In this document: one piece after another, positions 33,374 to 44,804 of the stretch
Layout of the letters: every line of letters begins with the position of its first letter
How positions within the stretch are numbered: position 1 is the stretch's first letter
Notes under the pieces: model-generated
Database searches by the model: none
The model's input: the letters and a program-made list of their open reading frames with translations, nothing else
What the model was told of the DNA's origin: nothing
DNA from: an uncultured Chthonomonadaceae bacterium
Lineage (GTDB): Bacteria > Armatimonadota > Chthonomonadetes > Chthonomonadales > Chthonomonadaceae
Length of the DNA: 64,000 nt
Assembly (NCBI GenBank): GCA_963817895.1
Contig: CAWFQB010000014.1
Location: 672,001-736,000, forward strand
Direction: 5' to 3'
Position numbers and translations under genes: made by a program

Positions 33374-34628
33374 GGTAGCACCGCATTAAACGGTGAAAAG
33401 TAGGGTTGCGGCGCAACAGGGTGGGTGAATGCGCAAGTGGGTTCGGCTGCTTCGTAGAGTTGGTTACCACACCAAAACTCACGGAGGTCGCCATGAACCC
33501 ACAACCCCTATTCTGCCTTAATCTGGCCTGTTCGTCAAGAGGCTTGCAAAATGCAGGCAACATCATCGTTCACGACAGTCTGCGCGACCGCTTTCGCTGC
33601 AAGACCTGCGGACACACCTTTAGCGCCAGCAAAGGAACCCTGTTCTACCGGCTGCGCACCGACCCCAAGATCGTCATCTGTGTGCTGACACTTCTCGCCT
33701 GTGGGTGTCCGCTTCCTGCCATTGTCCGCGCTTTCGGCTTTGACGAGCGAACCGTCACGAACTGGCAGCACAAAGCGGGGCAACATTGTGAAGCCGTCCA
33801 CACGCATCTGGTGACAGGACACGCGCGCGACTTGCAGCAGGTGCAAGCCGATGAGGTTCGCGTCAAGCTGCAAGCGCGTCTGGTGATCTGGATGGCGATG
33901 GCAATCTGCGTTCCCTCGCGCTTGTGGCTGGGCGGGGTTCTCTCGCCGCACCGAGACAAACGCCTGATTGTCCGTCTGGTCGCTGTGGTCAAAGCCTGTG
34001 CGCAACACGCGCCCTTGCTGCTGATGAGCGATGGCTTGAGCAGTTATGTTCCGGCCTGGTGCCACGCCTTCCGCGAGGCGGTTCGTACCGGCAAGGTAGG
34101 TCGCCCGCGTTTACAGACGTGGCCGCATCTGGTAATCGGGCAAGTGGTCAAGCAGTACGAACGTGGGCGCGTGATTGGCGTCGCGCAACGTCTGATACAC
34201 GGCACGGTGGATCAACTGCAAGGCTTGCAGCCCGACGAACACAAACTCAACACGGCCTATATCGAACGGCTCAATGCGACCTTCCGGCAACGGCTGTGTT
34301 GCTTGACACGGCGCGGTCGGTGTTTAGTTCGCCACGAAGCCACATTGCAGGCGGGCATGTACTTGCTCGGTTGCGTGTACAACTTCTGTACGTTTCACAA
34401 GAGCCTGCGCCAGGAGCAGGGCAAAGGTTCGGGCAAGTGGCAACAGCGTACTCCGGCGATGGCCGCGGGGATCACGCAAGAGTGCTGGAGCGTGACCGAT
34501 TTGTTCGCCTACCGAGTACCGCCTGCGCCGTTTGTTGCCAGAAAGCGGCGGGGCCGCCCACCGGGAAGCGGCAAGAAAACGGCGCAAACGAGCGCACAAG
34601 CATAATCACACTTAACTGTGGGGCTACC
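33374..34628 (+). mobile_element. IS1-like insertion sequence, 1255 bp, with 9-bp target site duplication
   Basis: Ends GGTAGCACCGCATTAAACGGTGA and rc GGTAGCCCCACAGTTAAGTGTGA (17 of 23 identical); GCCGATAAC duplicated at 33365-33373 and 34629-34637. Confidence 0.9.
33493..34605 (+). CDS. IS1-like transposase (Zn ribbon, HTH and DDE in one ORF)
   Basis: C.N..C, RFRCKTCGHTF, HTH, QADE, SDG, NTAYIERLNATFRQ, RTPAMAAG. Confidence 0.85.
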   Translation: MNPQPLFCLNLACSSRGLQNAGNIIVHDSLRDRFRCKTCGHTFSASKGTLFYRLRTDPKIVICVLTLLACGCPLPAIVRAFGFDERTVTNWQHKAGQHCEAVHTHLVTGHARDLQQVQADEVRVKLQARLVIWMAMAICVPSRLWLGGVLSPHRDKRLIVRLVAVVKACAQHAPLLLMSDGLSSYVPAWCHAFREAVRTGKVGRPRLQTWPHLVIGQVVKQYERGRVIGVAQRLIHGTVDQLQGLQPDEHKLNTAYIERLNATFRQRLCCLTRRGRCLVRHEATLQAGMYLLGCVYNFCTFHKSLRQEQGKGSGKWQQRTPAMAAGITQECWSVTDLFAYRVPPAPFVARKRRGRPPGSGKKTAQTSAQA

Positions 34629-36740
34629 GCCGATAACTACCGCCCCGACAATATGGTTTTAACGATTGTGGGGGATGTGGATGTGGCGCAAGTGTTGGAT
34701 ACGGCGCGAAATTTGTGGGGAAACGTGCCGCAAAATGATAAACCGCGCGAACTGTCGCCGATGGATGCCGCGCATGAGGGCTTTCGCTATCAGCGCATCA
34801 ACGGCGAAACCAAACAACGCTTATTGCTGTTTGCCATGCCCGCCCCCGATACGCTGCACCCGGACGCCGCGCCGCTGATGGTGTTAAGTTCCCTGCTGAG
34901 TGACGGACGCTCGGCGCGTTTGTACCGGCGGCTGAAAGAGGAACTAAATCTCGTCAACAGCGCGTGGGCCGGTTACGAGAGTTTCGAGCAGATGGGGATT
35001 TTTACGCTTGGCGCGGAAGTGGTTGGCGACAATCCGCTTCCGGCTGAACGCGCCCTTTGGGACGAAGTTCGCCGCGTCCAAAACGAGACAGTTGATCCCG
35101 CCGATCTGGAACGCATCAAAACCCGTATCCAAACTCGCCGCCTGTTCGCGCAGGAGGAGGTGATGGGCATGGCGCGTAACCTGTCTCACTACCAGCAGTT
35201 AGGCGATTACCACCTTGCCGATACGCTTGTCGAGCGTTTACGCGCCGTCACTCCCGAAGATGTGCAGCGCGTTGCGCAAACCTACATACAGGTATCATTG
35301 TCTTCGCTGATGGAGTACCTTCCGGTTGACAGCGCGGCCCCCGCCCCTCTTTCCGCTGCGGAACTCGCCGAAACCCTCGAGAAACAACATGTTGTGTCCG
35401 CGCCCGATGAAGCCGACATGACAGAGGATGAGGTTCCCGGCAGCCTGACAATCCTCGTCCGTTCGCAAATCGGCGACACGCAGGAGATCGAACTCCCTGA
35501 GGGCGGCAAACTGCTGTACAAAGAGCGGCGCGACCTGCCGATTATCGCCTTCAACGCCCTGTTTCGCGGCGGCAAAAAGCGCGAAACGCGCCTTACTGCC
35601 GGCCTGACCAGCCTGATGCTGAAAACCTCGCTGAAAGGCACACACGGCACTGGCGTTTTGGATGCCCTTTCCGCCGAGGAGATCGCCAACCGCGTGGAGA
35701 GTCTGGGAACGGGGATTGGCCTATCCGTCGGCATGGAATACTTCGGTTGGGGCCTAAAAAGCAGCCGGGACGTGTTTCGGGAAGCGTTCGACATTTTTGC
35801 CGCCGTTGTTTCCGCGCCCGCCTTTGAGAGCGCGGAAATGGAGAAAGAGCGGCAATCCATTTACGCCGAAATCCGCCGCCAGCAGGACCACAACTATTCC
35901 CTTGCCAACGACCTGTTTGCCGCCGCCCGCTTCGGCGACGAACACCCCTACGGCCTGCCTTCCAGCGGTCTTGCGGAAGCGGTGGAACGGCTGTATCCAT
36001 TGGATTTGCGGAACTGGTATGCCGCGCAGGTGCAGCCGGAAAATCTCATCGTGTCCTGCGTCGGCGACATAGATGCGCAGGAAGCCGTTGATTTATTCGG
36101 AAGGTTAATTCAAGAAAGATGGAAGCCGGAAGAGAAAGAAGTAATCCCACCTAATACCCAATACCCAACACCCAACACCCGTATTCTCCAACGTCAAAAG
36201 CAGCAGACAGCCGCCATGATGGGTTTTGACGGGGCGGACATGTTCAGCCCGGATCGGTACGCGCTGGATGTGCTGAATGAGATCACGTCGGGCATGGGCG
36301 GGCGGCTGTTTCGGGCGGTCAGGGGTGAAAACTCGCTGGCGTATCAGGTGACGAGCGCGCACCGTTCCCGCGTGGATGTAGGCAGTTTCATCACGTACAC
36401 GTCTACCGCGCCCGAAAACGAGGAACGCGCCCGCGACCTGATTCTGAACGCACTGCGCGAATTGCAGCGCGAACACGTCACCGGGGAAGAGTTGCGCATG
36501 GCGAAAGCCTCCCTTGTGGGCGAACACGTCATCAACATGCAAACCTTCGCGGCACAGGCGGGTGAACTGGCAGTCATTGGCGTCTACGGCCTGCCGCTCG
36601 ACGAGTCGGAACGCTACTTGCAGGAAGTTCAAAAAGTTACGACGGAACAAATACGGGATGTTGCCATGCGCTACCTGAACACCGACAAATATTGGCTCGG
36701 CGTGGTACGGGGCGGCAAAACAGAGGAGGCTTGATTGCAG

Positions 36741-36984
36741 ATGGAAGCGACTAAAATGAGTATGAAAGAAGTGGCGCGGCGAAGCGTTGTACGCGCAGAA
36801 TATTCGCGCAAAGGTCGAAACAGAGGAGAACATCGGCAAGGTGTTGGTGATTGACGTAGAAACAGGCGAGTACGCCATTGACGATATGGGATTGATGGAT
36901 CACGACTTCTTCACGCCAAACGTCCTGACGCGCCCCTGTACGGCATCCGTATTGGCTATCGGGCGATGGAAACGTTTGGCGTAA
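36741..36984 (+). pseudogene. Frameshifted small protein (DUF5678-like)
   Basis: MEATKMSMKEVARR / LYAQNIRAKVETEENIGKVLVIDVETGEY / LYGIRIGY in shifting frames. Confidence 0.5.
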
Positions 36985-37280
36985 TGAGGGTACGAATCGC
37001 TTCATGCTGACCGGCTACATCCTCTAAAATTTCGGCAAGAGTTTGCGCGTTTTCAATTTGCGCTTCGATGTAAGCCAATTCTCCCTTCTCCGCTGTCGAG
37101 CGGCGGCTCGCCGGATGGTTTGAACATTTGCCCTCTGCTGCCATACCTACCAGACCGGACGGCAAAACGCCTACAGTCGTCATTAATTTTCTCCCCTGCC
37201 GACAATCTGACACTCATAGCCTCGATCTACGTTATAACATACATTTTCAGTATACTCCCCATGAACCACGTTCACCTGCA

Positions 37281-37431
37281 TACTTCGTCAGGGTAGAAGA
37301 ATTAGTAGGGGCGTTGCTTGCTGCGCCCTGCTTTGCGGCATTACATCCATTTTAGAGAAGGGTTAACTTAGAGGAGGGTTCAGCAAGCAGAACCCCTACA
37401 AAGCACCCTAAAATTCTACTTTGACGGAGTA
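37281..37431. repeat. Nested inverted repeats: GTAG-type REP doublet inside a 24-bp imperfect IR
   Basis: gtaggggcgttgcttgctgcgccct (37305) versus agggttcagcaagcagaacccctac (ends 37399); outer tacttcgtcagggtagaa versus ttctactttgacggagta. Confidence 0.75.
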
Positions 37432-37498
37432 ATAGATATGAAAATTCCCTCTCCTGGCGGAATGAAGCGCGGACAGGAGAGGGTTGGAGTGAGGTGTT

Positions 37499-39362
37499 TC
37501 AGCGCGTCTCGAACGCCTGCACCATTGGAGTGATAATGTCGAAGCCGGGAAGCGGCGTGTTGATGAGCAGCGCGGCGTCGTGCCCGTCCGTGAAATGGAT
37601 GACGCCCGTGGTTTCGCCCTGCTGCGGGGTCGAGCCGTTAATCAGCGCGCCATTGTGATGGTAATAACGCCCGTACTTGCCATCGTAGGGATACCAGCCC
37701 ATGCCCTCCGTGAACATCATGTCCGTAGTCTGCTGCGAGAGAACCACATTGCCGCGCACGCCGACCATGAACTTCAGCAGTTCGCCGCGCCGAAGCCACC
37801 CACCCACCGGGGGCCACGAAACGGAACGCTCCCCAATACTGCCCCGGCTGTGTGTCGGCAAGCCCGGAATACGTCAGGGCGGAGGTATCCACCGGGTCGG
37901 GCGTGGCGTTAAACACGTTGGAGTTGATGCCCATCGGATTCAGGACGTTGATGCGCGCGTAATCCACGTAACTCATGCCCGACAGATGTTCGATCACCGC
38001 CTGTATAATCGTATAGTTGGTGTTGGAGTACAATTCCGTCACGCCGGGCGTACCGACCACAAGGTTGGGCTGATTCAGGTAATTCGTCAGGAACGGCCAC
38101 AGGTCGCCATCCAGTGTGCCGTCGCCCACCATGCCGCTTTTCATCGTCAGCAGATTTTTCAGCGTGATCGTCGGCATTTTCGGGTTTGTGTTGGGATTTA
38201 CGCCCGGTAGTTGGCCTTTTATGATCGGATAGAACGGACTGTCAACCGTGATGTTCTGCGCCTTGATGTTCGGTTGCTCCAACAGGTGCAGGAGAACTAC
38301 AGCAGTAATGGGCTTGGACACGCTGGCAAGGTGGAAGCGGGTGTCCGGCGTCCATGCCTGAGAAGGGTTGTGCGCCTCATGCGAGGATCGCGCCAGATTC
38401 AGGTTTCCTGTTGGCCCGTTTCCGAATTGCGCGGTGGCGAAGGCGTATCCCTCCACTTTCGCGCCCAACTGCGCCTGAAACGACTGCGCCCATTTGGGCG
38501 GAGAGGCCAGATCAATGCTCTGATACTGCTCGATGTGCTTCAGCCGATACCCCGACGCGGACAGCGTGTTCCATTTGCTGACGAAACTGCTCCAATCCAG
38601 ATTGTAGACAAACTCGTGTTTGGCCTGAGTTTCGCGCCACACGCCGATGCAGGTTCTTGCGCCGTTCAGGTCCACCACCTGAAAATCCACCAGTTCCATC
38701 GTGGCAGCGTAGCCCTGGTATGTTTGAATGAAACTGTTCCAATCCGTCGTGTTATACAGAGCGTAGCCGCCACTGCCCGGCTCGAACACGCCCGTATAAT
38801 GGAGATCGTTGCCAACCGGATACGCCTGTATGCGCGTCAGGCGCATACCGTGATGCGTGGACAGTTCCGTCCACTGCTGAACGAAGTTGTTCCAGGTGAG
38901 ATTGGAAACCAGTTGCTGGCCGTTCGGCGCTCCGAGCCACACGCCCGTATACCACAGCGCCCCATTCTCCATCTTGAAATCCAGGTCTATCAGGCGCAGT
39001 TTGCTCTGATTGTCCTGATAGAACTTGTTGAACGTGTTCCAATCCGACGCGCGCCACAGAGCGTATCCATTCGTACCCTGCACATACACGCCGTTGTAGT
39101 AAATGATGCCGCTCTGCGTATACGTGTCAATGTCCACCAGCCGAAGGTTGGCTTTGCTGAGTTCGGTCCATTTGGCGGTGAAGTTGTTCCAGTCAGTCAC
39201 GCTCCACAAGTAGTAGTCGCCGCTCCCGGCCTCGTACAGTCCCGCGTAAAGCGGCGTAGACGGAGTGAGGGTGGACGCGGTGAACTGACCGCCACGCGCG
39301 GCATGGGCCAGATATAGAGTGTTCGCGTCAATTACGTTGAGCTGTTTGTTCGCATCCATCAT
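37499..39362 (-). CDS. Serine hydrolase (beta-lactamase fold) with N-terminal ~50-aa tandem repeats (polyglycine-hydrolase-like); frameshift near 37790
   Basis: ASVSK (SxxK), LLTMKSG, YSN, HNG; repeats W..F......L.....RL.D. Confidence 0.82.
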
Positions 39363-39936
39363 TTCATTTCTCCAGGGTGTTCAAAAAAGATACTTGCTTA
39401 AAGCCTGTTCCGCTTATTGGCGGGCAACCCGGTCCTCTATCCACGAGGCGGCTGACCTGGCAGCAAAGAGTCTGCCAGGGAGTAGAAACGTTTGCGACGC
39501 ATCATCGCGTCTTCTTCAAGCAGAGTATTATTCACTTCATTGTGCTAATTGGATGGAATTAGTCTAATCTAAAATTACAATTTTTGCTATTACTATATAC
39601 ATAGAATTCCTGTGAAATAAAGCACAGTATTTGTACTGGCGCGTCGGTTCCAGGGATTGAAAATCCCTGCCTGTACAAAGCAAGTCCTTCGAATGCAGAC
39701 ACAACAAGTTGTGTCCCTACGCTTCAACAATGTTCTGCGTCCGAAGGACGCTTGCGCTTTCCTGCCGGGGATTTTCAATACCCGGCCCTGCGTATAGCCG
39801 CAGGCACATATTTTGCTCTGGATTGTGCATTTTTGCACAGACGCGCAACGCGCCCGATACCGGCGCGTATATAGAAATAAGCAGTCCTGTTACAGCGTAT
39901 GATTGTTTTGCGTGAGCAGAGGGAGGGTAGTGAGTC

Positions 39937-41314
39937 ATGAACGACAGCAAGGTTTCTGTTCCGCGCGTGGTGATTGTGGGGGGCGGGTTTGGCGGATTGT
40001 ACGCCGCTCGAACGCTTGGCAACGCGCCCGTCGAAGTGACGCTGATTGACAAGACCAATCATCACGTTTTTCAGCCCCTGCTGTATCAGGTGGCGACGGC
40101 GAGTTTGTCGCCCGCGCAGATCACGGCTCCCCTGCGCAGCGTGGTGCGCAACGCCCGCAATACCGAAGTGATGATGAGCGAAGTGACGGGCGTGGACACG
40201 GCAAAGCAGTTGGTACTCACGGACACGAAGCCGGTTCCCTACGACTATCTGATTCTGGCAATGGGATCGCGGCACAGCTACTTCTGGGCATCCCGAATGG
40301 GAAAAGTTCGCGCCCGGTTTGAAGGCTGTCACGGACGCCACAAACGTTCGGCGCAACATCCTGATGGCGTTTGAAGCGGCGGAAATAGAGGACAATGAGG
40401 CGAAGCGGCGCGCCCTGATGACCTTCGTGATGGTGGGCGGCGGGCCGACGGGCGTGGAAATGGCCGGACAAATCGCGGAAATCGCGCATCGCGCCCTGAC
40501 CACAGATTTCCGCCATATCAACCCGAATTGGGCGCGTATTCTGCTGGTGGAAGCCGGCCCGCGCATTCTGGCCGGTTTCGACGAAGCGCTGGCGGCGAAA
40601 TCTCAAAAGTATCTGGAGGGCATGGGCGTCGAGGTACGAACGAGTTCCCGTGTGGAAATGGTGGACGCGCATAGCGTTACCGTCAACGGCGAACGTATCG
40701 GCTGCGGCTCCATTTTGTGGGCGGCGGGCAATATGGCGTCCCCGGCAGGCAAGTGGGTGGGCGCGGAACTCAGCAAATCGGGGCAGGCCAAAATCGGGCC
40801 AAAATGCAATGTGCCGGGACTGGAAAACGTCTTCGTCATCGGCGACTCGGCGTACTTCGAGCAGGACGGGCATCCCCTTCCTGCTGTTGCGCAGCCCGCC
40901 ATTCAGATGGGCAAGTACGTCGCCATACGCATCAAAAATATCACAACCGGCAAGCCCGACCTGCCGCCCTTCCGCTATTTCGACAAGGGGAACATGGCGA
41001 CGATTGGCCGCCGTTTCGCCATTTACGACCTTGCCGAGTTGAAAACTCCGTCCGGCAAGCGCATTACCGGGCCAATCCGTTTCGCCGGATTCTTCGCGTG
41101 GCTGATGTGGCTGGCAATCCACATTACCTATCTCATCGGCTTCGGCAACCGCCTGATGGTGATGCTCAACTGGGCCGGCTCCTATCTGACCTTTTCGCGC
41201 GGCGCGCGCCTCATCACGCCCGACGCGGGGGCCAACACGCCGGAACCGGCTGCCATTATCAACAGCATCCCGGCGCAAACCGCTGTTCCTGAACGGGAGT
41301 TGGCGCGGCGCTGA
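39937..41314 (+). CDS. ndh: Type II NADH dehydrogenase (frameshift near 40290)
   Basis: VGGGFGG, FQPLLYQVAT, VGGGPTGVEMAG, WAAG, IGD, AQPAIQMG, DKGNMATIGR. Confidence 0.9.
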
Positions 41315-42415
41315 TTACGAACAAACCGGCTGCGTTTGAAACAGTTTCATCAGTTCCACTTCCTCAAGCGTGTATTCCTCATGGTGGCGGCGGATGACAC
41401 GCTTTGCTTCCGGGCGGAAATCCTGTAGGGTAATCCCCTGACTGTACCGCTCGAATACGACGGGATGGATGTAACTTTCGCGGCAAACGGTGGGGGTGTT
41501 GCCAAGCCGGTCCGCCACGATTTTCGCCGCTTCGATGATGTTCTTTTTAATCTCTTTCTCGCTGTTCGGCTTGCCCATTTCGGCAAGGGCAATCGCGGCC
41601 TGCAGGGTTCCGCCCCACGTCCGAAAGTCTTTGGCGGAAAACGCGCTGCCCATTGCCGTTTTGATATAATGGTTGACATCGGCAGGCGTGATGGCATGAG
41701 GATTGCCCTGCCCGTCCAGATAGTTGAACAGACGCGCGTCCCCGATGGCTTTGATCTCGCTCATCAATGTGACCAGTTCCCCATCTACCAGTATGCGCCG
41801 CTGGTGAATATGGTGTTTGCCCGTAAATTGGAACAGCAGGTGCGATTCGTCCAATTCATGCAGATGGTAGTTGCGCAGGGACGTGATGCCGAACGTCTTG
41901 TACCGCTCCACGCTGCCTTCCGAGCCGAGCCGGAAATACAGGTCGTTAATCAGCCGCGTCACTACCGCCAGAACCCGCTCCTTGCCCAACCCCTCTTGGG
42001 CAATATGCTGATTGCTGACATGGCGCAGTTTCGGCAGGTGTTCCCCAAAGTGTTCAATCTTTTCAAACTTTTTCCGCGCCTGACACTCTGCGTAAACGTC
42101 GCCATACCGATACTGAATACGCCCGCTCGTGTCCACGGCAATGGCCTGCAAATTACTGCGGGAGGTGGGCGCGACCCGCACATCCGTATAGCCGGGAGGA
42201 ATGGCGAGATGCGCAATCCGCTCAAGCTCCTGTTCATTCGTAACGCGATGGCCTTTCGCGTCCTCGTACCAGAAGCCCTCTTCCTTCGTGCCGCGCCGAT
42301 GCCACCACTGCGCCCGCGCCCCGCGCTCCATTACGCGCCGCAAACGCTCGGCAATCTCCTGCCCCGGAATGGACGTATTTCGACTGGATTGTGAGATCAA
42401 TTCTACTGCTGTCAT
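41315..42415 (-). CDS. Bacterial DNA topoisomerase IB
   Basis: LAIPPGY, GRIQYRY, FRLG, FTGK, KDFRTWGGT, LGNTPTVCRESYIHP (catalytic Tyr). Confidence 0.92.
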   Translation of the reverse strand: MTAVELISQSSRNTSIPGQEIAERLRRVMERGARAQWWHRRGTKEEGFWYEDAKGHRVTNEQELERIAHLAIPPGYTDVRVAPTSRSNLQAIAVDTSGRIQYRYGDVYAECQARKKFEKIEHFGEHLPKLRHVSNQHIAQEGLGKERVLAVVTRLINDLYFRLGSEGSVERYKTFGITSLRNYHLHELDESHLLFQFTGKHHIHQRRILVDGELVTLMSEIKAIGDARLFNYLDGQGNPHAITPADVNHYIKTAMGSAFSAKDFRTWGGTLQAAIALAEMGKPNSEKEIKKNIIEAAKIVADRLGNTPTVCRESYIHPVVFERYSQGITLQDFRPEAKRVIRRHHEEYTLEEVELMKLFQTQPVCS

Positions 42416-42684
42416 AAGGCTTTGCTGACTTCCTGTTTTCAATGGGTTGATTTCAGGTGGTCTTCCCTGAAATTAATACCCGCCTGCGCTGTGTCGTTTC
42501 ATGCAGGCAAAAGACTGCAAATCAAACAGGCAGGTTCCGGCACTTGCGCGTTTCACAATCAAACCCGCGCCTCATCCCTGTTTGCCGAAACCAATTCATA
42601 GAACGAGCGTATTCACAGGGAGAATATCCACGTGTATTATGTTTTTGACGCGCATCAAAAGCAATCGGGAAAGATCAGCAAACT

Positions 42685-43744
42685 ATGCTGCTGCACGAAG
42701 AACAAGCCCCATCGGAATACGCTCCTTCCAGCAGGCGCGTCACTCCCCGGGAATTGGCGGAAGCCGTCGCCGCTCTTGAAGCCCGCAAAGAAACCGAACG
42801 CGCGCGGGAAGCCGAAACCGTTTCAATCGGGGATGCTCTGAATCACCTTGGGCTGAATACGTCGGAAGTAGAAGTTCTCTCCGAAGTGGAAACATTGCGC
42901 AAGCGCAACGCGCAGAAAGCGCAGCAGGAACAGATTGCACGAACCACCCGCCGCCTGTTTTTCGGAATGTTTGTCGTTAGTACGGTTCTGGTTATCGCCA
43001 CGCTCGGCATGATGAACTTCCGCCTCAGTCACGCGCTGAAAAACGCAACCCTTCCCTTCACACCGCTGCCGACGATGCTGCTGTCGCAGGTTCCCGACGG
43101 ACGCATCGTACATTGCGACAGCGCGACGCTCAGACAATTAGCCGACGGCTGGGTACTGCCTGACAAAGGTTCTGTAAGATGCCCGCCCATTCACACCTGA
43201 TGCAGCCGCCGAACAGCAGTTTCTGAATGAGTGGACGATTACCCGTAGCAACGGTCAGTTTGTAGTCACAGCATGGGCCAGCGTAGATCAGGCGCTTGCC
43301 GTCAAAAATGACCTACCGGCGGGTGTCTTTTCCAATCGTCCGCCCTGGCTTCCGACTTCCAACGTCGCGCCGGTTCAACTGCCGGTCTATCGCTTTGCAG
43401 ACAGTAATCAGGTTGATTATCTGGCAAACGGCACAGTGTCCAAAGAGGGTTCCGGCATGGTACAGGCTTTGTCTGTACTTCCGAACAACACCGCCCTGGA
43501 AACGCTCGTGAAACATCATATAGATGCTGCTGAAAATGCCCGTCACAAAGATGGGCAGCCTGATGACGCTTACTTTACGCACTATGAAGTAAAATCCGAT
43601 GGGCTTCATTTGGCGGAAAATTCAGTAGGAGATGCAGATTACAAGCAACGCGCCACGCGGCTTGCAGAGGAAGCGCTTCAGCGCGTCAATGTTCGTATGC
43701 CTGTCATCAACGATATGAAACTGACTTCGTCACAAACGCAGTAA
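42685..43744 (+). CDS. Single-TM hypothetical protein, paralog A (frameshift near 43170)
   Basis: ORF 42685-43200 continues in the frame of 43436-43744 (EWTITRSNGQFVVTAW...). Confidence 0.65.
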
Positions 43745-43769
43745 TGGCGATGAACACCGGGATACAAGA

Positions 43770-44564
43770 ATGTTAAAACACGAACAACAGCCGGAAGCAA
43801 CCGCCTTCACGATAAAGGGAGTGGATATCGCTTCACACACGCCCATTACGCCGCAGGAAATCGCGCAGGCGATTACAGCTGTGGAAGCGCGGAAGGAAGC
43901 CGAAGCGCAGAAACAGGCAGAAGCCGCTTCGTTGGCGAATACCATTCAGCATTTCGGCCTTGATGTCACCCCGGAGGAACTGCTTGCCGCTGTACAATCC
44001 CAAAGACAAGAGCGGATTAAGCAGCAGAAACTGCAACAGTTCAAAAAAGACGAGTTTCGAATTACTTCACTCGTCTTAACACTAGGTGTACTTTTCCTTT
44101 CAGGGTTATACTTTATCGTGTCACATTCACATGCTCACAGGAGGCTTGTGGCTCAAGCCGTCCAATCTAGCACTATAACCTCATCGCTGCTTCCCCTTGA
44201 TATAGTCGCCGAAGGGCAACCCGTTTACGTCACTTTCAGCGACATTGTTTCCCTTGCAAATGGCAAATCAGCGCAAGAGGTATTGACTGCGCCCACTGTT
44301 ACCTCAACGGCTTCCGGCGCGCGGCAGTGGACAATCCTGAAATTTCGCGGTCACTATTTTGTGCGCGGGTGGCGCTATCGTACCGATGGCGACTACAAAG
44401 AGTATGCTGACTGGCTCTCCTCCGTACCTCTCAACGAAGCTGCCGAAGAAACGGGTGAAACACCCGTAGAGCGCTTCAAGGTCATCAACAACCCGCCCTC
44501 CATTTCCGATGATAGCGCACAGCAGGGCGAGCAAATCAAATTGCCTGATCTCAACTCCAAATAA
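43770..44564 (+). CDS. Single-TM hypothetical protein, paralog B
   Basis: Shares TP.E.A.A..A.EARKE.E and WTI....G...V..W with paralog A. Confidence 0.7.
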   Translation: MLKHEQQPEATAFTIKGVDIASHTPITPQEIAQAITAVEARKEAEAQKQAEAASLANTIQHFGLDVTPEELLAAVQSQRQERIKQQKLQQFKKDEFRITSLVLTLGVLFLSGLYFIVSHSHAHRRLVAQAVQSSTITSSLLPLDIVAEGQPVYVTFSDIVSLANGKSAQEVLTAPTVTSTASGARQWTILKFRGHYFVRGWRYRTDGDYKEYADWLSSVPLNEAAEETGETPVERFKVINNPPSISDDSAQQGEQIKLPDLNSK

Positions 44565-44609
44565 TCTCCTCTACTGCCTGTACTATGCAAAAACCGGGTT
44601 TATGTCCGC

Positions 44610-44638
44610 TTGACAAAACCGCCCGTTTGCATCACAAT
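44610..44638 (+). promoter_or_regulatory. Sigma70-type promoter upstream of rpoZ
   Basis: TTGACA - 17 nt - CACAAT. Confidence 0.6.
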
Positions 44639-44804
44639 GTAAGGTCAATCCGCGCTCGTATGCGCTTTTCCCACGAGTTCGTCAACAATGATTGTAGTAT
44701 GATAAAAGCAAGGCTGCCGAGTCGCGGCCTTGCTTTTGGCGAGATACGCTGATTTGAGCTTGTTCTGTTACGCGCAGCCAGGCGTTACCCGGAGAATTTA
44801 CAAC

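Larger units (their letters stand above)
32792..36734 (+). pseudogene. M16 (pitrilysin-like) zinc peptidase interrupted by an IS1-like element
   Basis: TLPNGL and GIAHVIEHMLFKGT (HxxEH) in the 5' part; removing 33374-34637 restores ...LKQFAADN|YRPDNMVL... in frame. Confidence 0.9.

Noticed and set aside
33924..36734. 936-aa ORF as a novel fusion protein
   Set aside because: The first ~235 codons are an alternative frame inside the IS; the real content is the 3' part of the M16 gene.
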